A program made the translations under genes and the position numbers. Positions 1 to 7,400 of a stretch of 13,714 bases of DNA are shown in pieces (positions within the stretch are counted from its first letter, which is position 1; every line of letters begins with the position of its first letter). The DNA lies in the UHGV virus genome UHGV-0183437; one strand, written 5' to 3'. The stretch is from a virus. The notes under the pieces are model-generated. The model searched no databases. It saw only the letters and a program-made list of their open reading frames with translations, and had not been told where the DNA came from.

Positions 1-7
1 TATTGCA

Positions 8-30
8 GAGACCATTCAATGAGTGGTCTC
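8..30. other. Inverted repeat / potential RNA hairpin (about 10-bp stem including one G-U pair, 3-nt loop), no following U-tract
   Basis: GAGACCATTC (8-17) pairs with GAGTGGTCTC (21-30) around loop AAT. No T-run follows on either strand, so it is not a canonical intrinsic terminator. Confidence 0.35.
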
Positions 31-99
31 GACAATGGCTTATACCCTACACGGGATAACTTAACTGATATCCCTTTTAGCGGATAAACGGAGCCAACA

Positions 100-342
100 A
101 TGGCAGAGATTATTCCCATGACTGAAGAACAGAAATTCCAGTTAGAGATTTACAAACTGGTCATGAACCAGAACGCAGCCGCAGAAGAAGCATTTCAGTT
201 CATTGGCACTGACGAGCTGAAGCTTGAGCTATTCAAAATTCACTTCCAGTCAGGCGGCGCTAATTCAGATATCACGACCCGCACTATCGAAGCGGTGCGT
301 AAATCGAAGGAAGCGTTAGACCTGTTCACTACCGGAGCATAA
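100..342 (+). CDS. Small hypothetical protein (80 aa) immediately upstream of the terminase genes; positional analogue of P22 orf80
   Basis: Uninterrupted ORF with an ACGGAG Shine-Dalgarno about 7 nt before the ATG; stop at 340-342 lies 2 nt before the next ATG. Same strand and packing as the downstream operon. No motif I recognise. Confidence 0.55.
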   Translation: MAEIIPMTEEQKFQLEIYKLVMNQNAAAEEAFQFIGTDELKLELFKIHFQSGGANSDITTRTIEAVRKSKEALDLFTTGA

Positions 343-344
343 AC

Positions 345-788
345 ATGGCGCGCCCAACAAAGTATCAAGAGGCGTATGCCGAACAGGCACGCAAACTGTG
401 CTTGCTGGGCTATACAGACGCCGAACTCGCTGACTTCTTTGAAGTTAGCGAGGCAACAATCAACAATTGGAAATTGGAATATCCGGAGTTTTTAGAGTCC
501 ATAAAAAAGGGTAAGGCCGTCGCTGATGCAGAAGTTAGTGATCGTCTTTATCAACGCGCTATGGGCTTCGTGGCTCCAGACATCGATATTCGTGTTATTG
601 AAAACAGAATTGTCGAAACTCCGCTTAAGAAGTATTACCCGCCTGATACAACTGCCGCCATCTTCTGGCTCAAGAACAGACAGAAAGATAAATGGCGAGA
701 GAAGCAGGACGTCAACCATACATCTGATGACGGCTCCATGACTCCAAAAGCTCCAGTGTATAACATTGTAAAAAGCGAGACGCAATGA
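345..788 (+). CDS. Terminase small subunit (DNA-recognition subunit), not P22 gp3-type
   Basis: 147 aa. The N-terminal segment (YTDAELADFFEVSEATINNWK) looks like a helix-turn-helix, and the tail (AAIFWLKNRQKDKWREKQ) is typical of small-terminase families. ATGA overlap with the large terminase start at 785-788. Confidence 0.75.
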   Translation: MARPTKYQEAYAEQARKLCLLGYTDAELADFFEVSEATINNWKLEYPEFLESIKKGKAVADAEVSDRLYQRAMGFVAPDIDIRVIENRIVETPLKKYYPPDTTAAIFWLKNRQKDKWREKQDVNHTSDDGSMTPKAPVYNIVKSETQ

Positions 789-2263
789 CAGAGCAATGCA
801 GCATTCCTGAAGCGTTTGAGGAATACCTGCAGCCAGCCAGATTCAAGGTAGCTTATGGCGGGCGAGGTTCCGCCAAGACGCGAACGTTCATAACAATCCT
901 CCTCAATAACGTCATCTATCACGGATGGAAGCTTATCTGTTTTCGTGAGTACATGAAGTCCATCAAGGAATCATGCTATGCGGAAATTGTTGAAGAGATT
1001 AACCGCCGAAACCTCCACTCACTGGTGACTATCAATAAGACAGAGATATTTGCCAATAGCGGCGGACGTATCAGTTTCGACTTCCTGCGCCTTAACGTGG
1101 AAAATATCAAAGGTTACGCAAACTTCGATGCCGCCCTTGTAGAGGAAGCAGAAAACGTATCAAAGGACTCATGGGAAACGCTTATCCCAACGGTACGTAA
1201 AGAGTTCTACAGCGCTGAGTATGGTCGAGTGGTTGAGTCGGAAATATGGGTTGCATACAACCCGAAGAACAGACTCAGCGATACACATCAGCGCTTTGTT
1301 ACGAATCGCATATACCCCGACTATGACGAAAACGGTAATCGCTACTGCATCGTCAAGCAGATCAACTACACAGCTAATCCATGGTTCCCGGAAACTCTCC
1401 GCAGGGATATGGAGATTATGAAGAAGGCTAATCACGAGCTTTATCGGCATGTGTATCTTGGTGAACCGGTGGGGGCATCAGAAATGGCTATTATCAAGTT
1501 TGCATGGTTAGAGGCTGCAACAGACGCCCACATTAAGCTCGGATGGAAAGCTAAAGGTGCAGTGATTGCAGCGCATGACCCGTCAGACACCGGCCCAGAT
1601 GCCAAAGGATATGCAGTGCGACATGGATCAGTTGTTAAGCGCGTATGTGAAGGGCTGCTCATGGATATAAACGAGGGTGCTGATTGGGCATCTTCATTGG
1701 CGGTAATCGATGATGTTGATCATTTCCTGTTTGATGGAGATGGACTTGGAGCAGGGCTTCGTCGACAGATAACAGACTATTTCAGTGGAAAGAAAGTCAC
1801 CGTAACAATGTTTAAAGGTAGTGAATCGCCATTCGACGAAGATGCTCCATATCAGGCTGGGGCATGGACTGATGAAGTTGTGCAGGGTGATAACGTCCGC
1901 ACTATTGGAGATGTATTCCGAAACAAGCGAGCGCAGTTCTATTACACGCTGGCTGACAGGCTTTATCGAACATACCGGGCGGTAGAGCATGGTGAATACG
2001 CCGACCCTGATGAAATGCTTAGCTTTGACAAAGAGGCTATTGGAGAGAATATCCTCAACAAGCTATTCGCAGAGCTAACGCAGATCCAACGCAAATTCAA
2101 CGGCAACGGGAAGCTGGAGCTTATGACTAAGGTCGAAATGAAGCAGAAGCTCGGTATTCCATCTCCTAACCTGGCTGATGCGCTGATGATGTGTATGCAT
2201 TGCCCGGAGTCGGCTGCGCAACCCGACTATTCCAGTTACTCAATTCCTTGTGGTGTAGGTTGA
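785..2263 (+). CDS. Terminase large subunit (ATPase + nuclease)
   Basis: 492 aa. Walker A-like motif AYGGRGSAKT near the N-terminus (nt ~851-880), Walker B-like hydrophobic-D-E stretch (DAALVEEAE), and C-terminal acidic motifs (AAHDPSDTG, LFDGDGLGAG) consistent with an RNase H-like nuclease domain. Sits directly upstream of the portal gene. Confidence 0.93.
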   Translation: MTEQCSIPEAFEEYLQPARFKVAYGGRGSAKTRTFITILLNNVIYHGWKLICFREYMKSIKESCYAEIVEEINRRNLHSLVTINKTEIFANSGGRISFDFLRLNVENIKGYANFDAALVEEAENVSKDSWETLIPTVRKEFYSAEYGRVVESEIWVAYNPKNRLSDTHQRFVTNRIYPDYDENGNRYCIVKQINYTANPWFPETLRRDMEIMKKANHELYRHVYLGEPVGASEMAIIKFAWLEAATDAHIKLGWKAKGAVIAAHDPSDTGPDAKGYAVRHGSVVKRVCEGLLMDINEGADWASSLAVIDDVDHFLFDGDGLGAGLRRQITDYFSGKKVTVTMFKGSESPFDEDAPYQAGAWTDEVVQGDNVRTIGDVFRNKRAQFYYTLADRLYRTYRAVEHGEYADPDEMLSFDKEAIGENILNKLFAELTQIQRKFNGNGKLELMTKVEMKQKLGIPSPNLADALMMCMHCPESAAQPDYSSYSIPCGVG

Positions 2264-2264
2264 T

Positions 2265-4463
2265 ATGGCAGAAAAAAAGATGACTGACTGGCATCGCAAG
2301 GTGCTGTGCAACTTTGATAATGCATGGTCAGCAACGCAGGATATGCGTGAGCAGATTATTGAGGCTCAACGTTTCGTCCGGGTGTCCGGCGCACAGTGGG
2401 AAGGCAGCACAAACGCTGGTTACTCATTTGATGAAGGTAGGTTTGAGCATTACCCGCGCTTTGAACTGAATAAGATTGCCCGTGAATGTGATCGCATCAT
2501 TGGCGAGTATCGACAGAATCGCATCAGCGTTAAATTCAGGCCGAAGGACGATAAGGCATCGGAAGCGTTAGCCGAAAAGATGAACGGCAAATTCCGCGCT
2601 GACTATCAGGAAACATCCGGTGGCGAAGCGTGTGATAACGCATTTGATGATGCTGTAACGGGCGGATTCGGTTGTTTCCGCATGTGTGCCGATTACGAAG
2701 ATGAAATGGATCCGAGTAACGAGCAACGCCGTATAAGCCTTCTTCCTGTTTACGACCCAGCGACATGCGTCTTCTTCGATCAGGACAGCAAGCAATATGA
2801 CCGCTCTGATGCTATGTGGGCTATGGAAATGTTCTCCATGACGCCTAAAGCGTTCGAAGCTGAATACCCTGATTCCATCGCTGCAAGTCTTTCTCGTGAT
2901 GACACTGGCACTCAATATGACTGGTCAACTCCTGATGCTATCTATGTTGGTCGCTACTATGAAGTCCGCATAGAGAAGGTGAAGCTCACGGCGTGGCGCA
3001 ACCCTGTTAGCGGAGAAACGGCAATCTATGATGAAGAGCAAATCAAAGATATTGTCGACGAGCTAACCGATGGTGCATTCGAACTGATCGGTGAGCGAAC
3101 GGTGAAGAAACGCCGCGTTTATTGCGGTCTTCTGTCTGGCGCTGAATGGCTGGAAGAACCGAAGCGCATTCCGGGCGAACATATTCCTCTCATCCCGGTA
3201 TATGGGCGTCGTTCATTTGTTGATAATCAGGAGCGAATCGAAGGCCACGCAGCAAAAGCGATGGATGCACAGCGTCTTGAGAACCTGATGGTTTCCATGA
3301 TTGCAGATAACGCTACTCAGGCTGGCGGTGATGGCATTCCTGTAGTTGATGTTGACATGATTCCTGGTCCTCTCGCCACTCATTGGGCGGAGCGCAACAA
3401 AAAGCGCCCGGCGTTCCTGCCGATGGTCAGTCTGAAAAACAAAAACGGAGATATTACTGCGCAGGCTCAGGTCAGCAGTTATACGCCTCCGACACAAATG
3501 CCTCCAGCTCTTGCCGGGCTATTGCAGTACACCGGAACGGCTATTCAGCAAATTACAGGTGCGTCGCAGCTTGAGAACATGCCGAGCAACGTCGCCACCG
3601 ATACCGTTGATAGCATCTTTAACCGGATGGATACGCAGTCCTATATCTACATGGACAACATGGCTAAATCCATGCGTCGCGCTGGCGTTGTGTGGCTTTC
3701 TATGGCGCGTGAGGTCTATGGCAGTGATACGCCGATGCGTATCGTTAATGAGGACGGCAGCGATGACGTGGCGCTGATGACTGGTGAAGTGGTTGACCGT
3801 CAGACAGGGCAGGTTATCGCGCTTAATGACCTTTCGCAGGGCAACTATGAAGTGACTGTCGATGTCGGTCAGTCGTTCGCTACTCGCCGTGATGCAACGG
3901 TTAAGTCGTTACTTTCCATGCTGGCACTTATCCCACCAGGAACGCCGAAGCACGACCTTGTATCGTCGATGATTCTCGACAATATGGACGGCGAAGGGAT
4001 GGACGACCTTAAAGAATACAACCGCAATCAGTTGCTTCTGTCTGGAGTTATCAAGCCGAGAACACCAGAAGAACAGAAGATGGTTGAGCAGGCGAAACAA
4101 CAACAGGCCAGTCAGCCAGATCCGGCTATGGTTGCTGCGCAAGGTCAGCTTCTTGCTGGTCAGGCTGAATTGCAGAAAGCGCAGAACGAACAGGCAGCCA
4201 TTCAGGTTAAAGCATTCCAGGCACAGACTGATGCTCAGGTTGCAGCGGCAAATGTTGTGAAAATACTCGCATCTGCCGATAGTCAGCAGAAATCTGATAT
4301 CCGCGAGGCTCTGAAACTGCTCGGACAGTTCCAGCAACAGCAAGGAGACAATGCCCGTGCTGATGCAGAGCTTGTCCTGAAAAGTCAGGCACAGGGTCAT
4401 GCGCAGCGCATGGACATCAGCAGCATCCTGCAAAAATCAACTCAGCAACAACCACAGCAGTAA
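2265..4463 (+). CDS. Portal protein, P22 gp1-like, with long C-terminal Gln/Ala-rich helical extension
   Basis: 732 aa (P22 portal is about 725 aa). Recognisable P22-portal-like segments: KKRRVY, GEHIPLIPVYG, and the C-terminal PRTPEEQKMVEQAKQQQASQPDPAMVAAQGQLLAGQAELQKAQNEQ. Starts 1 nt after the terminase stop. Confidence 0.93.
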   Translation: MAEKKMTDWHRKVLCNFDNAWSATQDMREQIIEAQRFVRVSGAQWEGSTNAGYSFDEGRFEHYPRFELNKIARECDRIIGEYRQNRISVKFRPKDDKASEALAEKMNGKFRADYQETSGGEACDNAFDDAVTGGFGCFRMCADYEDEMDPSNEQRRISLLPVYDPATCVFFDQDSKQYDRSDAMWAMEMFSMTPKAFEAEYPDSIAASLSRDDTGTQYDWSTPDAIYVGRYYEVRIEKVKLTAWRNPVSGETAIYDEEQIKDIVDELTDGAFELIGERTVKKRRVYCGLLSGAEWLEEPKRIPGEHIPLIPVYGRRSFVDNQERIEGHAAKAMDAQRLENLMVSMIADNATQAGGDGIPVVDVDMIPGPLATHWAERNKKRPAFLPMVSLKNKNGDITAQAQVSSYTPPTQMPPALAGLLQYTGTAIQQITGASQLENMPSNVATDTVDSIFNRMDTQSYIYMDNMAKSMRRAGVVWLSMAREVYGSDTPMRIVNEDGSDDVALMTGEVVDRQTGQVIALNDLSQGNYEVTVDVGQSFATRRDATVKSLLSMLALIPPGTPKHDLVSSMILDNMDGEGMDDLKEYNRNQLLLSGVIKPRTPEEQKMVEQAKQQQASQPDPAMVAAQGQLLAGQAELQKAQNEQAAIQVKAFQAQTDAQVAAANVVKILASADSQQKSDIREALKLLGQFQQQQGDNARADAELVLKSQAQGHAQRMDISSILQKSTQQQPQQ

Positions 4464-4553
4464 TTAACCCATAACGTGCAATGGCTGTCTTTATGAGGCC
4501 TGGCACCCTATTGCCTTCCGATGGGCTGAACATCGAGTAAACAGGGGTAACAA

Positions 4554-5447
4554 ATGGACCAGATGGCAGAAAACACACCAGAAGTTGAAATCGAAACCGA
4601 CGCGTCAGAGCAGATTCCTGATGATGTCGAACTGGCTGAAGAAGTCGAAACAGAAGATGGCAGTGAGTCCTCCGGCAATGATGCAGAGGAAGCTACTGAA
4701 ACTGATGACGACGAATCAGAACAGGAATTCTACTTTGGTGACGAAAAGCTGGATTCGCCAACCAGCGAAGATGGCGCAGAGCATGGACTGGTAAAACACC
4801 TGCGCAAGACGATTAAAGAGAAAGACCGCGAGCTGAAAGAGCTGATGCGTCAGTCTCAGAAACCCGTCGAGCAGCAGCCGGTAATCACTCAACCACCGCG
4901 AATGCCAAAACTGGATGATGAGGACATCGGTTTCGATGAAGAAATCTATCAGCAACGCATGGCTAAGTGGGCAGAGGATAACGGAAAGTACCAGCAACAG
5001 GAGATGGCTCGCAAGCAGAAGGAGCAGGAGCTTCAGGCTGCCTATCAAGAGCGATTATCCAAATATCAGCAACGTGTTAAGGCTCTCAAAGTTCCTGGCT
5101 ATCAGGAAGCTGAGCAGGCCGTACTCGAGGAAATTCCCATCGAGACACAAAACGCGATCCTGTTTGAGTCAGAGAAGCCGGAAATCGTTGTTCTGGCGCT
5201 CGGTCGCAACGCTGAACTGCGCAAGCAACTGGCAGAAGCTACCAACCCCGTAGCAATTGGTCGTCTGCTGGAACGTATCGAATCGAAGGCCAGAATCATG
5301 CCAAAAGCAAAAACCACGGCAGCCACAACCCCGACAGTTAAGGGGAGCAACGGCGCAGTAATCAATAACCTCGACAAACTGAAAGCCAAGGCGCTGGAAA
5401 CTGGTGACTGGACGCCGTATTTCGCCGCTAAAAAGGCAAAAAAATAA
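4554..5447 (+). CDS. Scaffolding protein (P22 gp8-like)
   Basis: 297 aa (P22 gp8 is about 303 aa), located between portal and coat. Very acidic N-terminal ~80 aa, central charged and Gln-rich predicted coiled coil, basic C-terminal tail (DKLKAKALE...AAKKAKK) resembling the coat-binding C-terminus of P22 scaffold. AGGGG Shine-Dalgarno before the ATG. Confidence 0.8.
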   Translation: MDQMAENTPEVEIETDASEQIPDDVELAEEVETEDGSESSGNDAEEATETDDDESEQEFYFGDEKLDSPTSEDGAEHGLVKHLRKTIKEKDRELKELMRQSQKPVEQQPVITQPPRMPKLDDEDIGFDEEIYQQRMAKWAEDNGKYQQQEMARKQKEQELQAAYQERLSKYQQRVKALKVPGYQEAEQAVLEEIPIETQNAILFESEKPEIVVLALGRNAELRKQLAEATNPVAIGRLLERIESKARIMPKAKTTAATTPTVKGSNGAVINNLDKLKAKALETGDWTPYFAAKKAKK

Positions 5448-5465
5448 CCTATCGGAGCATTAAGC

Positions 5466-6719
5466 ATGGCTAACCAATTAGCAAAAGACCTTGAAATCAT
5501 GTTCGAAAACTACGTTGAAGGCTTTGAGGCCGCCTGCGTAGTTTCCCGTAACGCTAAAAAATTCCGTCCCGGTGATACAGCAATGCAGCGAGCAGGTGAT
5601 GTTCTGTATCGTCCGCAGCATTACCACATGAATATTGAAGAAGGCCTCGATCTCAGCAGCAAAACGCCAACAGCACTGGTTCAGCGCCTTGTTCCTTCTG
5701 TGTTCAAGGAGCCGAAAAACATTCTGTACACTCTGGATGCGCGTGAAATGCGTGACCCGGAACATAAAACTGAAGCTGGTCGCGCCGCAGGTATGCGCCT
5801 TGCTGCACAGATTGACTCTGACCTGATTTCCATGGTTACGCAGCGTGCTACTAACGTGATCACGATGGCTGACTCAACCACAGGTACACAGGGCCGTGAT
5901 TTGTGGAACTGTGCGGCAGGCATTGATGCCACCATGACGGCGATTGGTGTACCTCAGGGTATCAACCGTCGCTCTTTCTGGAACCCCTTCAACTACAAAG
6001 ATCTTGCTGGCGAGCTTGGTCACCGTGCCTATGCTCAGGGAGCAACCCTGACAGCATACGAAAAAGCGCAGATCCCTCCGGTTGCGTCCTTCGATAGCTA
6101 CAAGACCGATATTTCTGGTCGTGTTCCGAAGGGTACAGCAACTTCCCTGACGCTGGCGGCTGAACCTGCGCACAAGGTTGAAGCGAAAGATGCCAACGAT
6201 ATGCCAGTGGATAACCGACAGGGGACTATTACGGTATCTGCATCTGGGTTGCAGGTTGGCGATGCGTTCACCATTGCTGGCGTGAATTCTGTACACCAGA
6301 TCACCAAAGACACCACCGGGCAGCCGCAGGTATTCCGCGTTCTGGCAGTAAGCGGAACGACAGTAACTATCTCCCCGAAAATTCTGCCGCCTGACAACGC
6401 GGATGTCGCCAGCCGACCATATGCAAACGTTGATGCTAACGCGGCAAATGGTGCAGCAATTACCATTCTCAACAAAAATGCCGCACCGGCTAACCTATTC
6501 TGGGCTGATGGTTCTGTTGAGCTGATGTACGGCAAACTGGCGTTCCCGACTGGTCAGGGTCCACAGGTAATGACAGCAACCACCGAGCAGGGCGCTACGC
6601 TGATCATGTCTTACGCCTTCGACCACATCAAAGGCGTAACCACTGCTCGTTTCACCACTCTGTATGGTTGCTCTGTACTTGTTCCTGAATATACGGGCAT
6701 CGTTATTGCCGGGCAGTAA
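5466..6719 (+). CDS. Major capsid (coat) protein, P22 gp5-like fold with probable inserted domain
   Basis: 417 aa. Position after scaffold, size well above a minimal HK97 fold, and local resemblance to P22 coat (PYANVDAN and NLFWADG versus the P22 YANV / NVFWADD region as I recall it). Followed immediately by a strong terminator. Confidence 0.88.
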   Translation: MANQLAKDLEIMFENYVEGFEAACVVSRNAKKFRPGDTAMQRAGDVLYRPQHYHMNIEEGLDLSSKTPTALVQRLVPSVFKEPKNILYTLDAREMRDPEHKTEAGRAAGMRLAAQIDSDLISMVTQRATNVITMADSTTGTQGRDLWNCAAGIDATMTAIGVPQGINRRSFWNPFNYKDLAGELGHRAYAQGATLTAYEKAQIPPVASFDSYKTDISGRVPKGTATSLTLAAEPAHKVEAKDANDMPVDNRQGTITVSASGLQVGDAFTIAGVNSVHQITKDTTGQPQVFRVLAVSGTTVTISPKILPPDNADVASRPYANVDANAANGAAITILNKNAAPANLFWADGSVELMYGKLAFPTGQGPQVMTATTEQGATLIMSYAFDHIKGVTTARFTTLYGCSVLVPEYTGIVIAGQ

Positions 6720-6726
6720 TTTTGGT

Positions 6727-6749
6727 GGGGCTTCGGCCCCATTTTTATT
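6727..6749 (+). terminator. Rho-independent terminator / RNA-stabilising 3' hairpin after the coat gene
   Basis: GGGGC-TTCG-GCCCC (6727-6740): 5-bp GC stem with a UUCG tetraloop, followed directly by ATTTTTATT (6741-6749). Lies 8 nt after the coat stop codon. Confidence 0.7.
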
Positions 6750-6760
6750 GGGAGAAGACA

Positions 6761-6949
6761 ATGGCACGAACAATGCTCTATAAGCCGGGCAACATGATCA
6801 CCTCTGGTCAGTTTGCTGTCGATTACATCATTGTTGATGACGAAGAAGTTAAATCTCACCTGAAAAAAGGCTGGGTAAAAACTCCTGAAGAAACCGCAAC
6901 GAAGCAAAAAGTGGCTAAGGCGGAAGAAGATGGCGAAAACGAAGGGTGA
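6761..6949 (+). CDS. Small hypothetical protein (62 aa from ATG 6761), between coat and gp4-like gene; positional analogue of P22 orf69
   Basis: The ORF track opens this frame at 6722 (TTG), but that start lies inside the terminator hairpin. ATG at 6761 is preceded by GGGAG (6750-6754). Acidic C-terminus (AKAEEDGENEG). The 3' end overlaps the next gene by 20 nt in a different frame. Confidence 0.45.
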   Translation: MARTMLYKPGNMITSGQFAVDYIIVDDEEVKSHLKKGWVKTPEETATKQKVAKAEEDGENEG

Positions 6950-7391
6950 TCTCGTTCTTAAGGCTTTACGAAAAGCCGGGCTGTATTCCAATGCCACGTT
7001 GACAGATGCTGACCCTCAGGCAATTGAAGATGCCATTAATGACCTCGAAGACATGATGGCAGCATGGCAGGCTAAAGGTATCGAGCTTGGGTATCAGTTT
7101 GCTGATACAGAAAACGGCATCATGCCGTTACCGGACGATGATTCAGGTATCCCTGCATGGGCAAATGATGGCGTCGCTTTGAAACTCGCTGTGCAAGTGT
7201 GCATGGATAACGTCATTCAGCCGTCAGACGCTCTCCTTACCGCTGCTGACAGTGCATATCAGACAATCTGCATCGCTTTAACCAAAATACCACCACTTGA
7301 GCGGCGAAATGACATGCCTCGCGGTAGTGGTAACAAAAGCGCGTTTACGTGGAATCTGTTTTACATCGAGAAAGATGATCCGAGTACGTGA
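6930..7391 (+). CDS. Head completion / tail adaptor protein (P22 gp4-like)
   Basis: 153 aa. N-terminus MAKTKGDLVLKALRKAGLYSNATLTDADPQAIEDAINDLEDMMAAW closely follows the P22 gp4 N-terminal pattern as I recall it; position after the coat gene matches P22 order. Confidence 0.85.
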   Translation: MAKTKGDLVLKALRKAGLYSNATLTDADPQAIEDAINDLEDMMAAWQAKGIELGYQFADTENGIMPLPDDDSGIPAWANDGVALKLAVQVCMDNVIQPSDALLTAADSAYQTICIALTKIPPLERRNDMPRGSGNKSAFTWNLFYIEKDDPST

Positions 7392-7400
7392 GGTGAATAA

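Noticed and set aside
492-922. Minus-strand ORFs (492-785, 635-922) and a + strand alternative-frame ORF (526-741) overlapping the terminase genes
   Set aside because: Shadow ORFs within the small and large terminase coding sequence; no independent support.
3909-4433. 174-aa ORF on the minus strand inside the portal gene
   Set aside because: It lies antisense to the Gln/Ala-rich portal C-terminus, where CAG/GCN-rich sense codons give stop-poor antisense frames. The product is Leu/Cys-rich low complexity with no ribosome-binding site context, and the sense-strand portal call is strong.
4081-4460. Possible tandem repeat or microsatellite in the portal 3' region (CAG/GCA-rich)
   Set aside because: The richness reflects Gln/Ala codon usage in a coiled-coil coding region. 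No exact tandem unit is discernible, so it is a protein-level low-complexity region rather than a DNA repeat element.
6098-6535. 145-aa and other minus-strand ORFs (5874-6296, 6098-6535, 6611-6997) within the coat gene and the following region
   Set aside because: They are antisense to a confidently assigned coat gene and its downstream operon, have no start signals or recognisable motifs, and are typical shadow ORFs.
6722-6760. TTG start at 6722 for the small ORF, as given by the ORF track (75 aa)
   Set aside because: This start lies inside the terminator hairpin and has no ribosome-binding site. The in-frame ATG at 6761 has a GGGAG Shine-Dalgarno and is the more plausible initiation codon.
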